Below, piece by piece: positions 49,773-63,100 of a stretch of DNA of 64,000 nt. The DNA is from Paraphysomonas bandaiensis (Eukaryota > Protista > Chrysophyceae). The notes below the pieces were generated by a model. It searched no databases. It was not told the origin of the DNA and saw nothing but the letters and a program-made list of their open reading frames with translations. Location of the stretch: positions 62,001 through 126,000 of the forward strand of contig CBFFRP010000231.1 of the NCBI GenBank assembly GCA_965644295.1, written 5' to 3'. The position numbers and the translations under genes are program-made. How positions within the stretch are numbered: position 1 is the first letter of the stretch; each line of letters opens with the position of its first letter.

Positions 49773-51401
49773 TTATACATTACTAAATAAGCAATTGCTT
49801 AACGCAATATGTCTTTCGTATGCCGATCGATACGCATTTTTGGTTACTTCATCAGATGATGGCGAAGAAATACTACTTATGACGTCTATATTTTCAGTTA
49901 GGTGCACCGAAACACTGCCAACAGGTACTGAAGACGCTACAGCAGCAGCTTGAGCAGCTGCCCCAATAGCAGCAGCATGTCCCACTATTGTTGATGCAGG
50001 CGTATGTACTGGTAGCTGAAATACATCTGCAACTATTTGTTTCCACAGCGAGTTATTAGCCCCTCCTCCTACAACCACAATACATCCGGCGGAAACGCAA
50101 TCCGGGTTCAGATGAAGCATACGTTGGTAGCCTCTCATCAAGGCACAAGTAACGCCCTCTAGTGATGCTCTATACACAAGTCCATGTCGCTCTAGATACC
50201 CGTGACGTATTCCTATGATTGCCCCTGATGCACTTGGCCAATCCGGAGTTCGTTCGCCTCCCGGTGAAAAGTACGGAAGTATTGTGAGACCTTCACAACC
50301 AGGAGGTTCGTACGTCGCAATAGAAGTCATTTTTTCTACAGATATTTCCTTAGACAGTGCTTCAAGAATATCCTGTGGTACCATTGCACAGTTCTGCACA
50401 CACACTAACGGCAGCCAGCAGCCAGTGGCATCCGCAAACGGTGCAACAACTCCAGTTGGATCCACCACTGGGTCATTTGTTTTCATCATAACAGTGCCAC
50501 TAGTACCTAATGACAACAAGAGTGGTAAGGAAGGAGAAGTAGTAGTAGCTTGGAGAAGAGAAGACACCCCTAACATTGTCATAGCATTATCTCCGCTTCC
50601 TGGAGCGATCAGGATTTCGTCCCAACTCGCGACACCTTCAGATGACGGTCCGAAGATTTCCTCCGCTACTTTAGGATCTACTTTTCCCAATGCACAATGA
50701 GCATCACTCAAGTGAGTAGGAAATTTGAAATGAAGGTCGGGATGAATGAAATCTAGTACATTTCGATCTAATTGTCTGGAAGATGTGTCGAATGCTCCTG
50801 TCCCACTCGCATCACCACACTCCATAGCCCACACTGAGCCGCCAGAGAGATAAAAGTTTATGTAATCGTGAGGAAGCATTACCTTTGCCGTGCGATGATA
50901 ATTGTCAGGCTCGTTCTCGAGTAGCCATAGCAATTTCGGTGACGTATATCCGGGAGGAACATGTCGACCTGTTGTGACAAAAGTTCAACATCGTTAACTG
51001 TACAAAACAGACATACCTCCAAAGGAGCTAATTCGCTTAGCCTGATCAGATGATCTTGTATCACACCACAGCATACATGGTCGAATGATCTGTCCATCTG
51101 AATCAACTGTGACGAGACCATGCTGCTGTCCAGACACACCAACGGCTCGAATTCGCCCTACTAACTCCAAATCATCACCCACTGCATTCTTCACTGATTC
51201 TTTCAGTGCATTTATCCATACACAAGGGTCTTGTTCAGCATATCCCTCTATTCCACCACTCTCAATCTTCATAGAGCTACTATGACCATATCGCACTACT
51301 GTAACTCCTGTTGAGTCATCTAGCTCACATATTGCACACTTTACACTCTGTGTACCAATATCAAACCCTATGTATAATGGTGAGCGTTGAGTACTCATCA
51401 T
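49773..51401 (-). CDS. xylB: Xylulokinase (FGGY family), 2 exons
   Basis: IGFDIGTQSVK, GVSGQQHG, LWCDTRS, GYTSPKLLWL, DASGTG, GDNA, SLGTSG, GERTP, GGGA. Intron ~50969-51016. Confidence 0.9.
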
Positions 51402-51762
51402 AGTGCAAACAGCAGGCAATAATGAGTGCAATATCTGTAGATCAAGAGCTATATGTATACTTAACAGATTATATGTGCATATATATGATGATGCACATGG
51501 ACTGCATACTGCTGTCTCATACATTTACCATATAGAGTAGACATTGCAATATACTGAAAACATGTGACTGTAGAAGATACGAATCTTATTAGGATATGGT
51601 TGTGTATGTACTGCTGTATATTCTGTATGCAGAGAGGATACATACATGCATACATGCATACATGCATACATACATACATGCATGTACTCATGTACTCGTA
51701 TCTATCTATATATAAGCAATCACAGTGATATCTTTAGCATTCCATACAATTCAATCACTTTA

Positions 51763-54700
51763 ATGTCTATTCTTTCATATCTTCTTATCTCTACATCTCT
51801 TTGGTTTACATCAGGTGTGACAGTAGTGTGTCCAGGCGCTAGTTCATCATCATGTAAATGCCAACAAACGGATGGCAATCTAACGTGTCCGACTGGATTT
51901 TACTGTCCCGGATACAGTCCCAGTCAAATACAAGATAATATAGAGGCTATTACAGCAGCAAATTGTACTGTCAGATCATCTGATGGAGAACTGCAGTGTC
52001 CATGCACGCCAGGTACACATATACGCATACGCACACACATATATATACACTCATGTATATGCAGAGCATGTATATATAAATATCCTCAATCATATGTCCT
52101 CACATGCTCTATGAAAGGGTTTTACTGTCCAGAGAACACTCTCACTCCATCGTATTGCTGTAAAGGGGTAAGTTATTTTGTATTTATTTATTTTTAAAGT
52201 AATAGTGTTCATTATGAAGCACTTCTGTGAAACCCCATCAGTGATAGAGGAATGCAAAGAAGGATACTTCTGTAAAACTGGATATGTGGAGGGCCTGAAG
52301 TGCGACAGTAAAGCGAGTTGCCCGGCTGGGTCGGAGGACTCAAATAGGAGCGGTGCTCTTATCGGTATATTAATCATAGCTATTATCCTCTACATTGCCT
52401 TCTTGGTCAAATACTACATTGAGTCGAAAGTGAAGGAGGCCAAAAATTTGATGCTTATACACGCCAAAGAGGGAGAAACAGAAAACAATAGTGAAGTGGC
52501 AGTTGTAGAGGAATTGTCTCCTGCAGCAGTTGATCGCATGAGCCTCGTGGAGGGTGCTCGTCCGCTTGTTCGACAACGATCGCGCCGCTCCAAGGAATCA
52601 GAAAGTTCACCGACGAAACATGAATCAGCTCACACTTCACCGAGTCAAATGTCCATGTCATCCACCGAAGATGCAACAGAGGGGAGAGGAAGAAGTAGTG
52701 ACCAGGATATGACATATCTAATAGAATTCAACGACGTGGGCCTCATACTTCCTTCTGGAGTTCAAATCATGAAGGGTGTGACTGGACAATTCAAGCCCAA
52801 GAGACTTTGTGCTATAATGGGGCCGTCTGGGGCAGGGTATGATTTTATTAATTGGTTTGTTTTGTCTTGGTAATAGGTTTATAATAGCAAGACAACCATA
52901 ATTAATCTCGTTACCGGAAAGGCGGCCAAAACTGAGGGCATCATAAAGGTAAATGGAGAGGAAGTTGATGACTTGTCCAGGTCAGTTATGAGTTATTCTG
53001 TATTCATCTGCTTTCACCTGACGGGACAAATACGCATTAATGCAGATGGAAAAAGTTAGTTGGTTTTGTGCCTCAAGAAGATGTCATGATCAGACAGCTA
53101 ACTGTAAGAGACAACATAGAGTTTTCTGCGTCTTACAGACTTCCAATCGAAATGAGCAAGAGTGAAAGAGATGCAGTAGTCAACGACACTCTTCTGTCCC
53201 TGGGTATTGATCACGTCCAGCACTCTGTAATTGGTATGGGTGCTTCATGTTCTAATATCTACTTCACGTATTCCGTTTACTAGGTGACGAGCGAGAGAGA
53301 GGTATATCTGGTGGGCAAAGAAAAAGGTGCAACTCGTATTCTTGTAAATATGATTTTCTCATATTATGCTAGGGTTAATATTGGTATCGAGCTTGTCGCA
53401 CTTCCTCGTGTACTCTTCTTGGTAAGTTCGTATTTTACTCGTGTACTTCGATGTCAATATCCATGAACTTACGTATAGACTGTATATTGTGGTTTTAGGA
53501 CGAGCCCACCAGTGGTTTGGATTCTACTTCATCAGCTGTTCTTGCAAGACAACTGAAAGATATTGCCAATAAATCTGGTGTTACAATAGCTTCTGTTATT
53601 CATCAGCCATCCATCCAGGCTTTTCTAGAATTTGACGACTTGCTGCTGCTAGGCAAAGGTGGACAGGTGGTCTACCATGGCCCTATTAACGAGGCATCGG
53701 CATATTTCGAGGCGATAGGATTTACCCCTCAAGGATTAATAAACCCCGCGGACTTCTACTTGGATATTGCTAACGGGGCGGTAGATAGAGAGGGTGATCC
53801 GGACTTCACACCACCTGATTTGTTCAGATTTTGGGACAACAAGGTATACACATATTATGAAATTACCTTTTTAAAGGTTGTGTGATGGTGCAGATACATG
53901 GCCGCCCTCTAGATCAAAAGGAAGATCTTCCTGTTTCCGATGGTGGAGAGGAAAAGAACTCTGGTGGCTTGAATGACGTACTATTAAAGGATGCCGAGGG
54001 AGGGGAGCAGGTGTGTGTACGTGTAATTTTCCTATATTCTTGAAGTAGACCTATAGCGCACTCGGGCCCGCACGACCACTGTGGTAGGAGGGCGAGCAAG
54101 CAGTGTAGCAGCTCATTCTCCACAGCATGCGGAAAAAGTGCACGCAGAACTCAATCCATTTCGCAGTGCTGCTACATTTTGTATTTTCTTACAGTCTATT
54201 GTTCTATTTTTTTGGGGTATCATAGCCAGCTTTTTAGATGACATAAAAGGTGTGCTGATTCAAGCGTTCAAAGATATAACAAGAACAGATAGTATCAGAA
54301 ATACACCTGGATTTCTGGGACAATTGTACGTCTGCATCATCCGGGCTTTTAAACAGAAGTATCGCCGTTTTGGTGCTTTTTTGAGTCAGATGTTGATTCA
54401 CTTGGGGGTTGCTCTGGTGGTATCGTCTGTTTCCACTGATCTTCAGTATGTGGGCCCTCTTCCAGATGTTGTGTGTGGCACTGTGACGAGAGATTTGCAT
54501 GACTCCTGTACATCGCCATTGGTTGATAGTTATCAAGGAACGGCAAATTTTCTGGTGTTTGGAACTATATTTGCCGCAATATCCATCTCGACAGGAACGT
54601 TCAGTAACGAACAAGTAAACTACTGGCGTGAAACAGCAGCTGGGCTCAAGACAATCCCATATTTTATAGCTAAGTGGCTTGTCGAGGTTCCTAATATTGT

Positions 54701-55205
54701 TTTGGCTGCTGTTTTCTTTTGGCTGGCATTTCAAATTCGATTTCCAAATACAGGCACTTCCGGTGACTTGTACGAACTATTCTTCGCTATGTACTGGTGG
54801 GCTTGGTCACTCGGATTCTTTTTGTCCTCAATTGCTTCGCCGAAGAATGTGTTTTTAACTGGAGTATTATTTGCGTTACTATATGCTGTGGGGTTTTCTG
54901 GTGCTAATCCTACTATTAATGAGATTCGAGATCTGCCAGACAGCATTCGCTGGTTGTGGCGTATATCTGGAACCCGGTGGGCCTTAGAAGCCTTTTATGT
55001 ATCTCAAGTCAAGTACTATGAAACTGTTCCCACTGGCCCCCTCGATGGTGAAGATTACATGAATGTTGATGCTGGACTTGACCAAATTGGTTATAATATC
55101 GACAATTTTAATTATGATATTGCAGCTCTGATGTGGAATGGGTTCGGCTATGGAATCACTGCAATGGTTATAATGATGTTTACAAATCGAGATAAGAAAA
55201 AGTAA
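51763..55205 (+). CDS. ABCG half-transporter with signal peptide and Cys-rich extracellular N-terminus; multi-exon
   Basis: Repeated C..GFYCP motifs and a TM helix. Walker A GPSGAG|KTT, FVPQED, signature GISGGQRKR, FL|DEPTSGLDS, SVIHQP, and a C-terminal TM domain. Confidence 0.92.
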
Positions 55206-55750
55206 ATGATCATAACTGATTGCAATGCGTCATGAATGTATGAGTGTACTGTTGATGACTTCTATGTTCTGATGACGAAATGAATGAGTTGCATTAATTT
55301 AAAATGAAAATTCAAGTCGATGTTCGAGATATAGTTTTTTTGCCATCTCTGAATAAAATAACAGTTCATTTAAATCACAGCAACAAAACTACTATAGTAC
55401 AATAGTAAAGAATAAGCAATGTACAGCTATAGTTTTTACATTTTCAACATTCTTGCTGAAAGTGGAGATAGATATTTTCACTGATATGAGGCAACATTGT
55501 TTAGTGATCATTAACCGTCGACGGTTGACCTTGATATACTTTGAATGCCCAGGTAATTGATTTATGTGCCAAACGTGATTTATATCAGTGTAAACACCTC
55601 CTAGTTTCAACGAGTATATTTCGAAATCAATGCAAATCATCAAATCATCTTGCGAAGCAACATATACCTAGCAACTATCTCATGATTATTTACGCGCCCT
55701 TATATTGTAATATAAGCTATCGAAAATATATGTGTACTAACTAACACTTA

Positions 55751-58700
55751 TCAAAAACGAAAGGATTTTGACATCAAACTAACTTTTCCAAAGCTTCTCG
55801 TACTGTTGTTCAATGAGTGCGTGCCATCATCAATATCAGGAGAAATATTATTTCCTCCATTTTCAACCCCACACTCTGCTTCATCTATGCCGAATTCTTC
55901 TGACGGGGCATACAAATTTCCATTACTTGAACTTCCTATGGTGATGTGATCATAAGCCAAATCTGATGGCACCTGATGAGGTTCCAATTGGTCTACTAGA
56001 GGAAAATACTTTTGGACATCAGACTTCTTTATTCTATGTGACCGTAACTGAGCTTGTGTGAGGTCCTTGCGGGATAATATGCCAGTGACCTGATCATACA
56101 GAAGTGACAAAGCGTAGAATACATAGAAAATGTAGACACCTTGCAGTCAGAGTCAATAACTATGAGATGCCGCAGTCCGAGAGTCCGAAACATTCTAAAT
56201 ACAAGTAATCATGTCATCAGGAAAAGTCATCATAGATGCATACCTGAAAGCCTTCTGCACTGATGCTGACTCCAGTATAACATACGGGGAAGGGTCCATA
56301 TATCGCCTGAAGTCCATCCAGAGAGACAGACTGCTTTCCTCCACTTGAAGTGAGTCTGTACCGGAATTTTATTAGAAGTAACACACCATGGAATATTCTT
56401 TAATAATCAAAAAACGCGGTAGAACAAAAAAAACAAATAACATATAAAGCGCAATATCGAAAACACTGCTGTACCTATCGATATGACACTATTAACCGGG
56501 GGAGGTTGTAGAGGCTTAACTTGAACAGGGCACAAAGTCACAGCTTCCTTGTATATCTCATCCGTGCTGTGTAATGGGACAGAGAAAATAGACGATTGCA
56601 ACATACGACAGAGAGTAGACCGGTCAATAGATCCCTTCAACTGGCCAGTATCACCTGTTGGTGTTGCACCTGACGTTAATTGAACAACAAGCAATCTCTA
56701 CTACTTACTAAGGATAGGAAAAAGGTTATGCGAGGTGGACTGCTAGGATGTGAGCGCAATGATTGCAAAGAGTACTGTATATCACACACCTGAAGCGTCT
56801 CATACACATTTCCCACTCTCTCAAGGCTTCTAAGAAAAACAACTGGCTTGGCCATAAACTCTGTAGAATATTCAATAGAGTAGTTAACACAGAGGTCTTG
56901 ATAGCAATCTCTAGTCACCAGTAACAGGAAAGAAATTTACAAGCCCCATATCAGTCATTGACTCAGGCAGCCAAGGCAAATCACGTAGCACAACCAGACG
57001 GTTATAAAGGCCAGTTGTCAGCATATCGCCGATATACTTCGCCGCCAGCAGTGAGAGCATTATTGGCAAGACATACTATTGACAACGTAGAACCACTTAA
57101 ATAGAAGGTGCAAGACATATTGTCGCCTACTCACCTGTAAGTTTCCGGTTGCTTCCACCATCATAACTGTAAGAGAAATAGTGTTGCGGCACACGCCCCC
57201 TATCATAGCAGCCGCTCCAACTAGGGCGTATGTACCTGAATCAGATATCTCTGTGTATATGCACCATAAAACGAGCTCTGCTATATGGGTGACAATACTA
57301 CCTTCAAAGTACTGCTGCAGTACGTGACCTATCAGTCGGCCCATCACAGCTCCAGATACTAGGCAACTCACGAATACTCCCTAACAAATATTAGTGTATC
57401 ATAAAAAAACATATATACACAAACCGCTGCAGCCATAATTCCGCATGTGGCACACGCGAGAATATAGTAGGGTAAAAATACAACCAGCAGTGAGCCTATG
57501 CCACAACACATTAGCTAAATCGGAGTCAAGGAAATATTAAGTTCTATACCAGTGTCGAATGTGTGCGAGGACATGTGTTCACGGAAATGAAACAGAAATC
57601 TACAAATTAACATGACGTTGGAGACAACAGCGCATGTATTTCGCATTACTTTATAGCAGTATTCGAGTCCACGTAGAAGAGTGAAGCCACCTGATTATAC
57701 TGATTTGCAGGACAGTCGAACTGCACCAGACGGCTGATGAGCGTCTGCATGCATTAAATTTAAAGAAAGTACGTCATCTAAAAGCAAGCAATAGGCAACT
57801 CACTTTCTCATCTGAGGTGTATCCACTCATGTCTGTCGGCATATCGGAGCAGACGTGCCATATCAGCGGCACCTGTCAACCACAACCGTTGTCAACACAT
57901 ATATATACCTATATATAAGTGGCGGGATACCGTGAAAGTCATCCACGCAGTAAGGGAAGATATGATGAGGATCTCAATGAATCGCTTGCGACTGTCATTA
58001 AGCATGTATCTCTGCACATTCGGCAATTTGTCACAGGTTTACATTCCAACATATATATATCTACTTTTCGCCAATCCGCCAGAATACCATTGAAATGCAC
58101 AAATAGCGCTCCTAGTACTCCTCCTGACACCATGATTATAAAAGAGATATAGTAGCAATTTATTCATTCAAACATACCGAGACACCCCATCAGGAAGAAG
58201 AGAGTCAGCTCTATAAGAAAATATGGGTACCTGTCTCCGACAAGCATAACCTGCAGCCATAAAACACGTCATTACGAAAGAACATTAGTGTGGTTATTGG
58301 GAACCTCAGAAAACTTTCCAAAAGAGAAGTTAGACGTCATGTCCTCACCATCGATGCGGAGAGCTCGGTCCATGATTATAACTGCAGAAGATGTTGCGTC
58401 GTACGTGGTATGATCTGTGGTCACGAAAAACGTACCTGTTAAGAGAGTGATACAGGAGCAAAAGAACGCCCGCCAGGTCATCTTTGTAGACCAGAAGGAC
58501 GCTCCTTCTTCAAGAATAAAAAGCACCCCACCTACAAAGCTGTGAGAGATATTCATGCATACATACGCTATCTCACCTATGGGGGCTCGAAAGGCAGCTG
58601 CAATACCTGCAGCAGCCCCATAGGTTACGAAATCTCTAGAGTCGGCGTCGTTTCTCAGAGAATTAAATGTTGTCCAATCCGTAGCGCCACCCAGTACAAC

Positions 58701-59550
58701 GTCTGCATACCATTTCGAAATCGCTGCCCCGATGATAGCACCCACATGAACCATTGGGCCCTCCGGCCCAGCAAATAGCCCTGTATATACCACACATAAT
58801 GAATCAATATAGCGGCCCAAGCCTCAGAATCACACACCGCTGGCAACTGTGAAGATAACGGATCCACACTTAGCAAACAGAGTCCGTAAGCGCACTACCT
58901 TTTCCATCTGGACTCCATTGAGGTAGCTGAATCTAGTGTCAACGATATACTTTTTATGGAATACAACCAATGTACCTTTTGATCTCTGGGATTCCCGAGC
59001 CTAATGCCGCTGGCTCATAATAGACAAAAAGAAACGATACTGTAGAAAACACAAGGGCTATAAGAAAATGCCAACAAAATGCAACTCCCCATCTGCCAGA
59101 ATACATGTATCTGGTAATGATGTCGTTTTTTAAGTTAACAAGAGTAATTGTGGACATGTGAATGCCAACTCCAAAAAGAGCGCACAAAATTCCAGTCATT
59201 GTAATTAAAGACCATCGAAATACAGCTCGCTTCTTGTTGACTGAAAAGTAAACGCCTTTATCGTAATTAGATTCTCGAATAGCGTGCTGTTAATACCATG
59301 ATATTAACACACAGTCACCATACAGAGAGATACGTACCTTCTTCCACTCACTGCTCTCTACTGTATCATAATCTAATGACTCCTCATGTCTTGACTCCCA
59401 TTTCTTGAAACGAGTATCTATAAAACACGATAATTAGTGATATAATAATAAAATCCTATGCTATATATACATACATTTCGATCCATGTCGATACCGTAAA
59501 GGTGATTCATTAAACTCTTTTTGGAAGTAATCTCGCCATAATGATGGCAT
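55751..59550 (-). CDS. CLC-family chloride channel/antiporter (CLC-6/7-like) with CBS domains; many exons
   Basis: ESLDYD, GSGIPEIK, GPEGPMVHVG, RDFV..GAAAGIAAAFRAPIG, GGVLFILEE, GTYALVGAAA, ISLTVMMVEATG, and CBS elements (YMDPSP, FRTLGLRHL, GILSRKDL). Confidence 0.92.
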
Positions 59551-60142
59551 TTCCTTTTATCTGATAGTGATATCAGTCTCCCTGTATCACTTTACCGCCT
59601 ATAGTCTCATGTAATGAATATATAGTTAATATTTCATTGTTTACACTGATTTCTAAGTAAGGAAGTTTAAATTTTATCAATCCACTGAAAACTAATATGA
59701 AAAACATCAATTTTCATGAAGGAAAGGTTACCAAAACCCGTATTTTCTGAAGAATACTCCATTGGGTGATAATTTCGGGATATTGATATAAATAGCACAA
59801 CCAAATTTTCGTGTAAAAATGTCTGATATTTCCACATCTTACGATTCAGAAATTCTCAGTTTTAGTTTTCAGGATTTTTTTCTGGGATTTTAGTGCAAGA
59901 AATTTCAATGAAGTGAAGTGAGATGATTGAACCAGTAATATTATATAAAAAGTGCTACAAGAGCGTTAATTTGTGCAGAGTGTTTGAAGTGAACTCTTTT
60001 CATAGAATCTTCAGACACTTCATCTACTACCAACACACTGTCATATATATATGCGTATATACATATATATTCATAGAGATTCATATCAAATCAAGTACAG
60101 TCTACTATATATAATCTCCAGTGAATATAATCAGTAAACAAT

Positions 60143-63100
60143 ATGGAATTTCCACCATCTCCAGTGGAGAGTATCCGACAATGGGCAACAGATCGAATGC
60201 GTAAGCGTTGCTTTGAGTTTAACGAAGGGACAATGAAAGATAAGGCTCATCTAGGACTAAAAGGTTTAACATAATTAAACTACATATACACATATATCAT
60301 GAACTTGTTATTGTCAGGGGCATGTTTATGTGAACTTTCAAAGTAAGATTTTCATACGAGATACTGTGGTAACCTGTAGTCAGGCTTGGTCTTCCTGTTC
60401 CACCTGGATTTATTATATCCTCTGGTGAATACTTACTCCATCGATGATTTGATATATTACAAATATATAGAAACTTGTTCAGACTTCTTTAAAGGGAATC
60501 AGTCCATGCCTGCTCATCTGATGGATTGCTGTCGAATGTCCATTAAGAGTATAGAGAGTGTTACCGGAAAGACTTTTGGTGTAACACCTGATTCAACTAA
60601 GGAATCGATGCCACTTCTGTTGTCTATTCGTGCTAGTGCTGCTGTGGATATGCCAAGGTGCATATATGCTTACAGTATAGTTACACTGATTACCATGTAC
60701 CGTGTAGCATGATGGACTCAGTGCTGAATCTGGGGATCAATGAGGAAGTGGTTCGGAAGATCATAACAGTTACTGGAAACCCACGGTTCGCTTTTGATGT
60801 ACAGCGCCGATTTCTTCAGCAATATGGGACGGTTGTCTTGAAAGTACCAAAGAGCCATTACAGTGATATTGTATATGAGGCAAAGGCACACGACGGAGTT
60901 GCTTTTGATTGCGACTTGTCGTACGAAGCACTGAAGAATATTGTGGATGAGTTCCTCAAAATTACCGATGTGCCCCATGATCCGATGGAGCAATTTCGAA
61001 GAGCTGTCGAAGCGATATTTTGCTCCTGGTACTCTCCAAGGTATGGTTCCAGTCTGGATGTTCGTTCGTCATAGTATTGGTAGGGCTATGAAGTATCGTG
61101 ATGTCAACAGCATTGGCGAAAATTTGGGTACTGCTATTGTAGTCCAGGTGAGATATTCTTGTTGTCATAGTAAGACGTAAGAAACTGTTTTTCAGAACAT
61201 GGTATTTGGTAATATCAATGCCCAGTCGTGTACGGGGAGAGTTTTCAGTCGTGATCCTAATACGGGTGCAAACTGCATCTACGGTACTTCTATATGGCGG
61301 TGTATATATGAGACATAAGCTGTAATTCCAGGAGAATTTGTGTGTCAGGCGGAAGGGGATAACGTATCTGAAGGCTTAGATCAGCAACCCAAGATGATAG
61401 AGGTATGACCACATGTTAGCGTATGCTTAATGAGTCAAGAGAGTTTGTGCTTCTCTATAACTGAGCAGGAAATGGAATCATATTTGCCAGAGGTTTATCG
61501 AGAAATCCTTCGCATTTCACAAGTGATTGAGCAATTTTTTGGAGACGCACAGGCGAGTCCATAATGTTCACCATATATGCGCATTTTCTCTTCTTGAAAG
61601 GAGTAATCGCTGCTATGTATTGAGTGAACTCCTCCCGATTACTCAGTTCCTTTTACAGTATACTCCGTCAAAGAATATGTGTAATGTTTGGACATAGGAA
61701 ATTGAGTTTACGGTACAGAGCGGAGTACTCTTTATATTGGAGACAGTGAATGCCCGCCGCTCTCCAGAGGTATATCTACAATATACCGTCGACTATATAT
61801 TGCAGCTCATGCACCGCAGGCTAATGTTAAAATTGCCGTAGATATGGTACAAAACTTGCAGCTAACGGTAATACGGTGTGATGTTCTGTACGTTATATAA
61901 ATTTTATCCAGGAACGTGAGGCGCTGATGCGAGTGGACCCAAAGATGGTTATTTTAAAACTACGCCATAGCCTATCTGACCCCCCTGCAAAATGCAGATG
62001 TCTTACTTCACCCATCCACAGATCGACCCCCAACTGAGTATGTGCTTTTTTTCTTCCAGCTTCTAAATAATAGCTTGTTGTAGTCACAAGCGAGGATTTG
62101 GTCCTGGGACATGGAATTCCTACTACGTCGGGTGCCGTTTCTGGCCTGGCTGTATTCAATGAAGATGACGTAGTACGACTAAGCAGAGAGGGGAAATCGA
62201 CTATTTTGGTAGACAAGTTGCGTACGTATCTCCATTAATTGCTAAAAATGGTATAGATTCGCAACGAGTCTTCTGCTGACGACATCCTAGCTATAAATGT
62301 GTCCAATGGTGTGCTCACAATGCACGGAGGTTCAGTGCTCTTGTCGAGTTGCTTGTGTATAATTTCTACTCAGGGGTAACAAGCGTAGCCCACGAACTTG
62401 CAAGATCCATGGGGAAAACCGCAATTTCAGGTGAATTTTGGCAAACGAACATTTGCATCCGTTATGTGTATGTACATGTATGTACAGCTGCCTCCAACTG
62501 CGGTATGGAGCTGGATCTTGAAGGTGAGTGTGTATACGACAGTGAAGGAGAGGTATGTATCCGAAAGGAACAGGTATGGACTTGTGTTACTGCCAAAACA
62601 ATTTAAAAATAAGTCAGGAAATAACTCTTGATGGCTCCACTGGAAAAATTCTTAACGGATGCAGTGCAACGGTGCCTATAGGTGAAGTAGAAGTCTGCAT
62701 AATATTCAAATATAATACTTCAATAGGAGCCAAGTTGGCTTTTAAGTCCCTAACGAATTGGGCAGACCAGTACCGACGGTAAATAGCTACTCGTAGTTGG
62801 CATTGTTATAGTATACTTATCAGGATGTCTCTATATGCCACTGTCGACTCTGCTGCTGAGGCGTTCAAGGTGGCAAGTTGTACCTATACGATATTATAGT
62901 CAACAGTAGTATTAGGCAATTGAGCTACGTCCTGACGGAATTGGACTGTTTCAGTAAGATGTACTAGCATTTATATCTACAAATGTGTTGATGGTTTCGT
63001 CAGAACGGAGACAATATTTCAGGATACAAAGTGTCATGATCTAGCAAATTTGTATTTTTTATCATCTTCCAAGTGAGTAGAAAGTCACATTTGTTTCCAT

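Noticed and set aside
8795-51401. GH43 + xylulokinase as a xylan-utilisation gene cluster
   Set aside because: They are ~40 kb apart with many unrelated genes between them.
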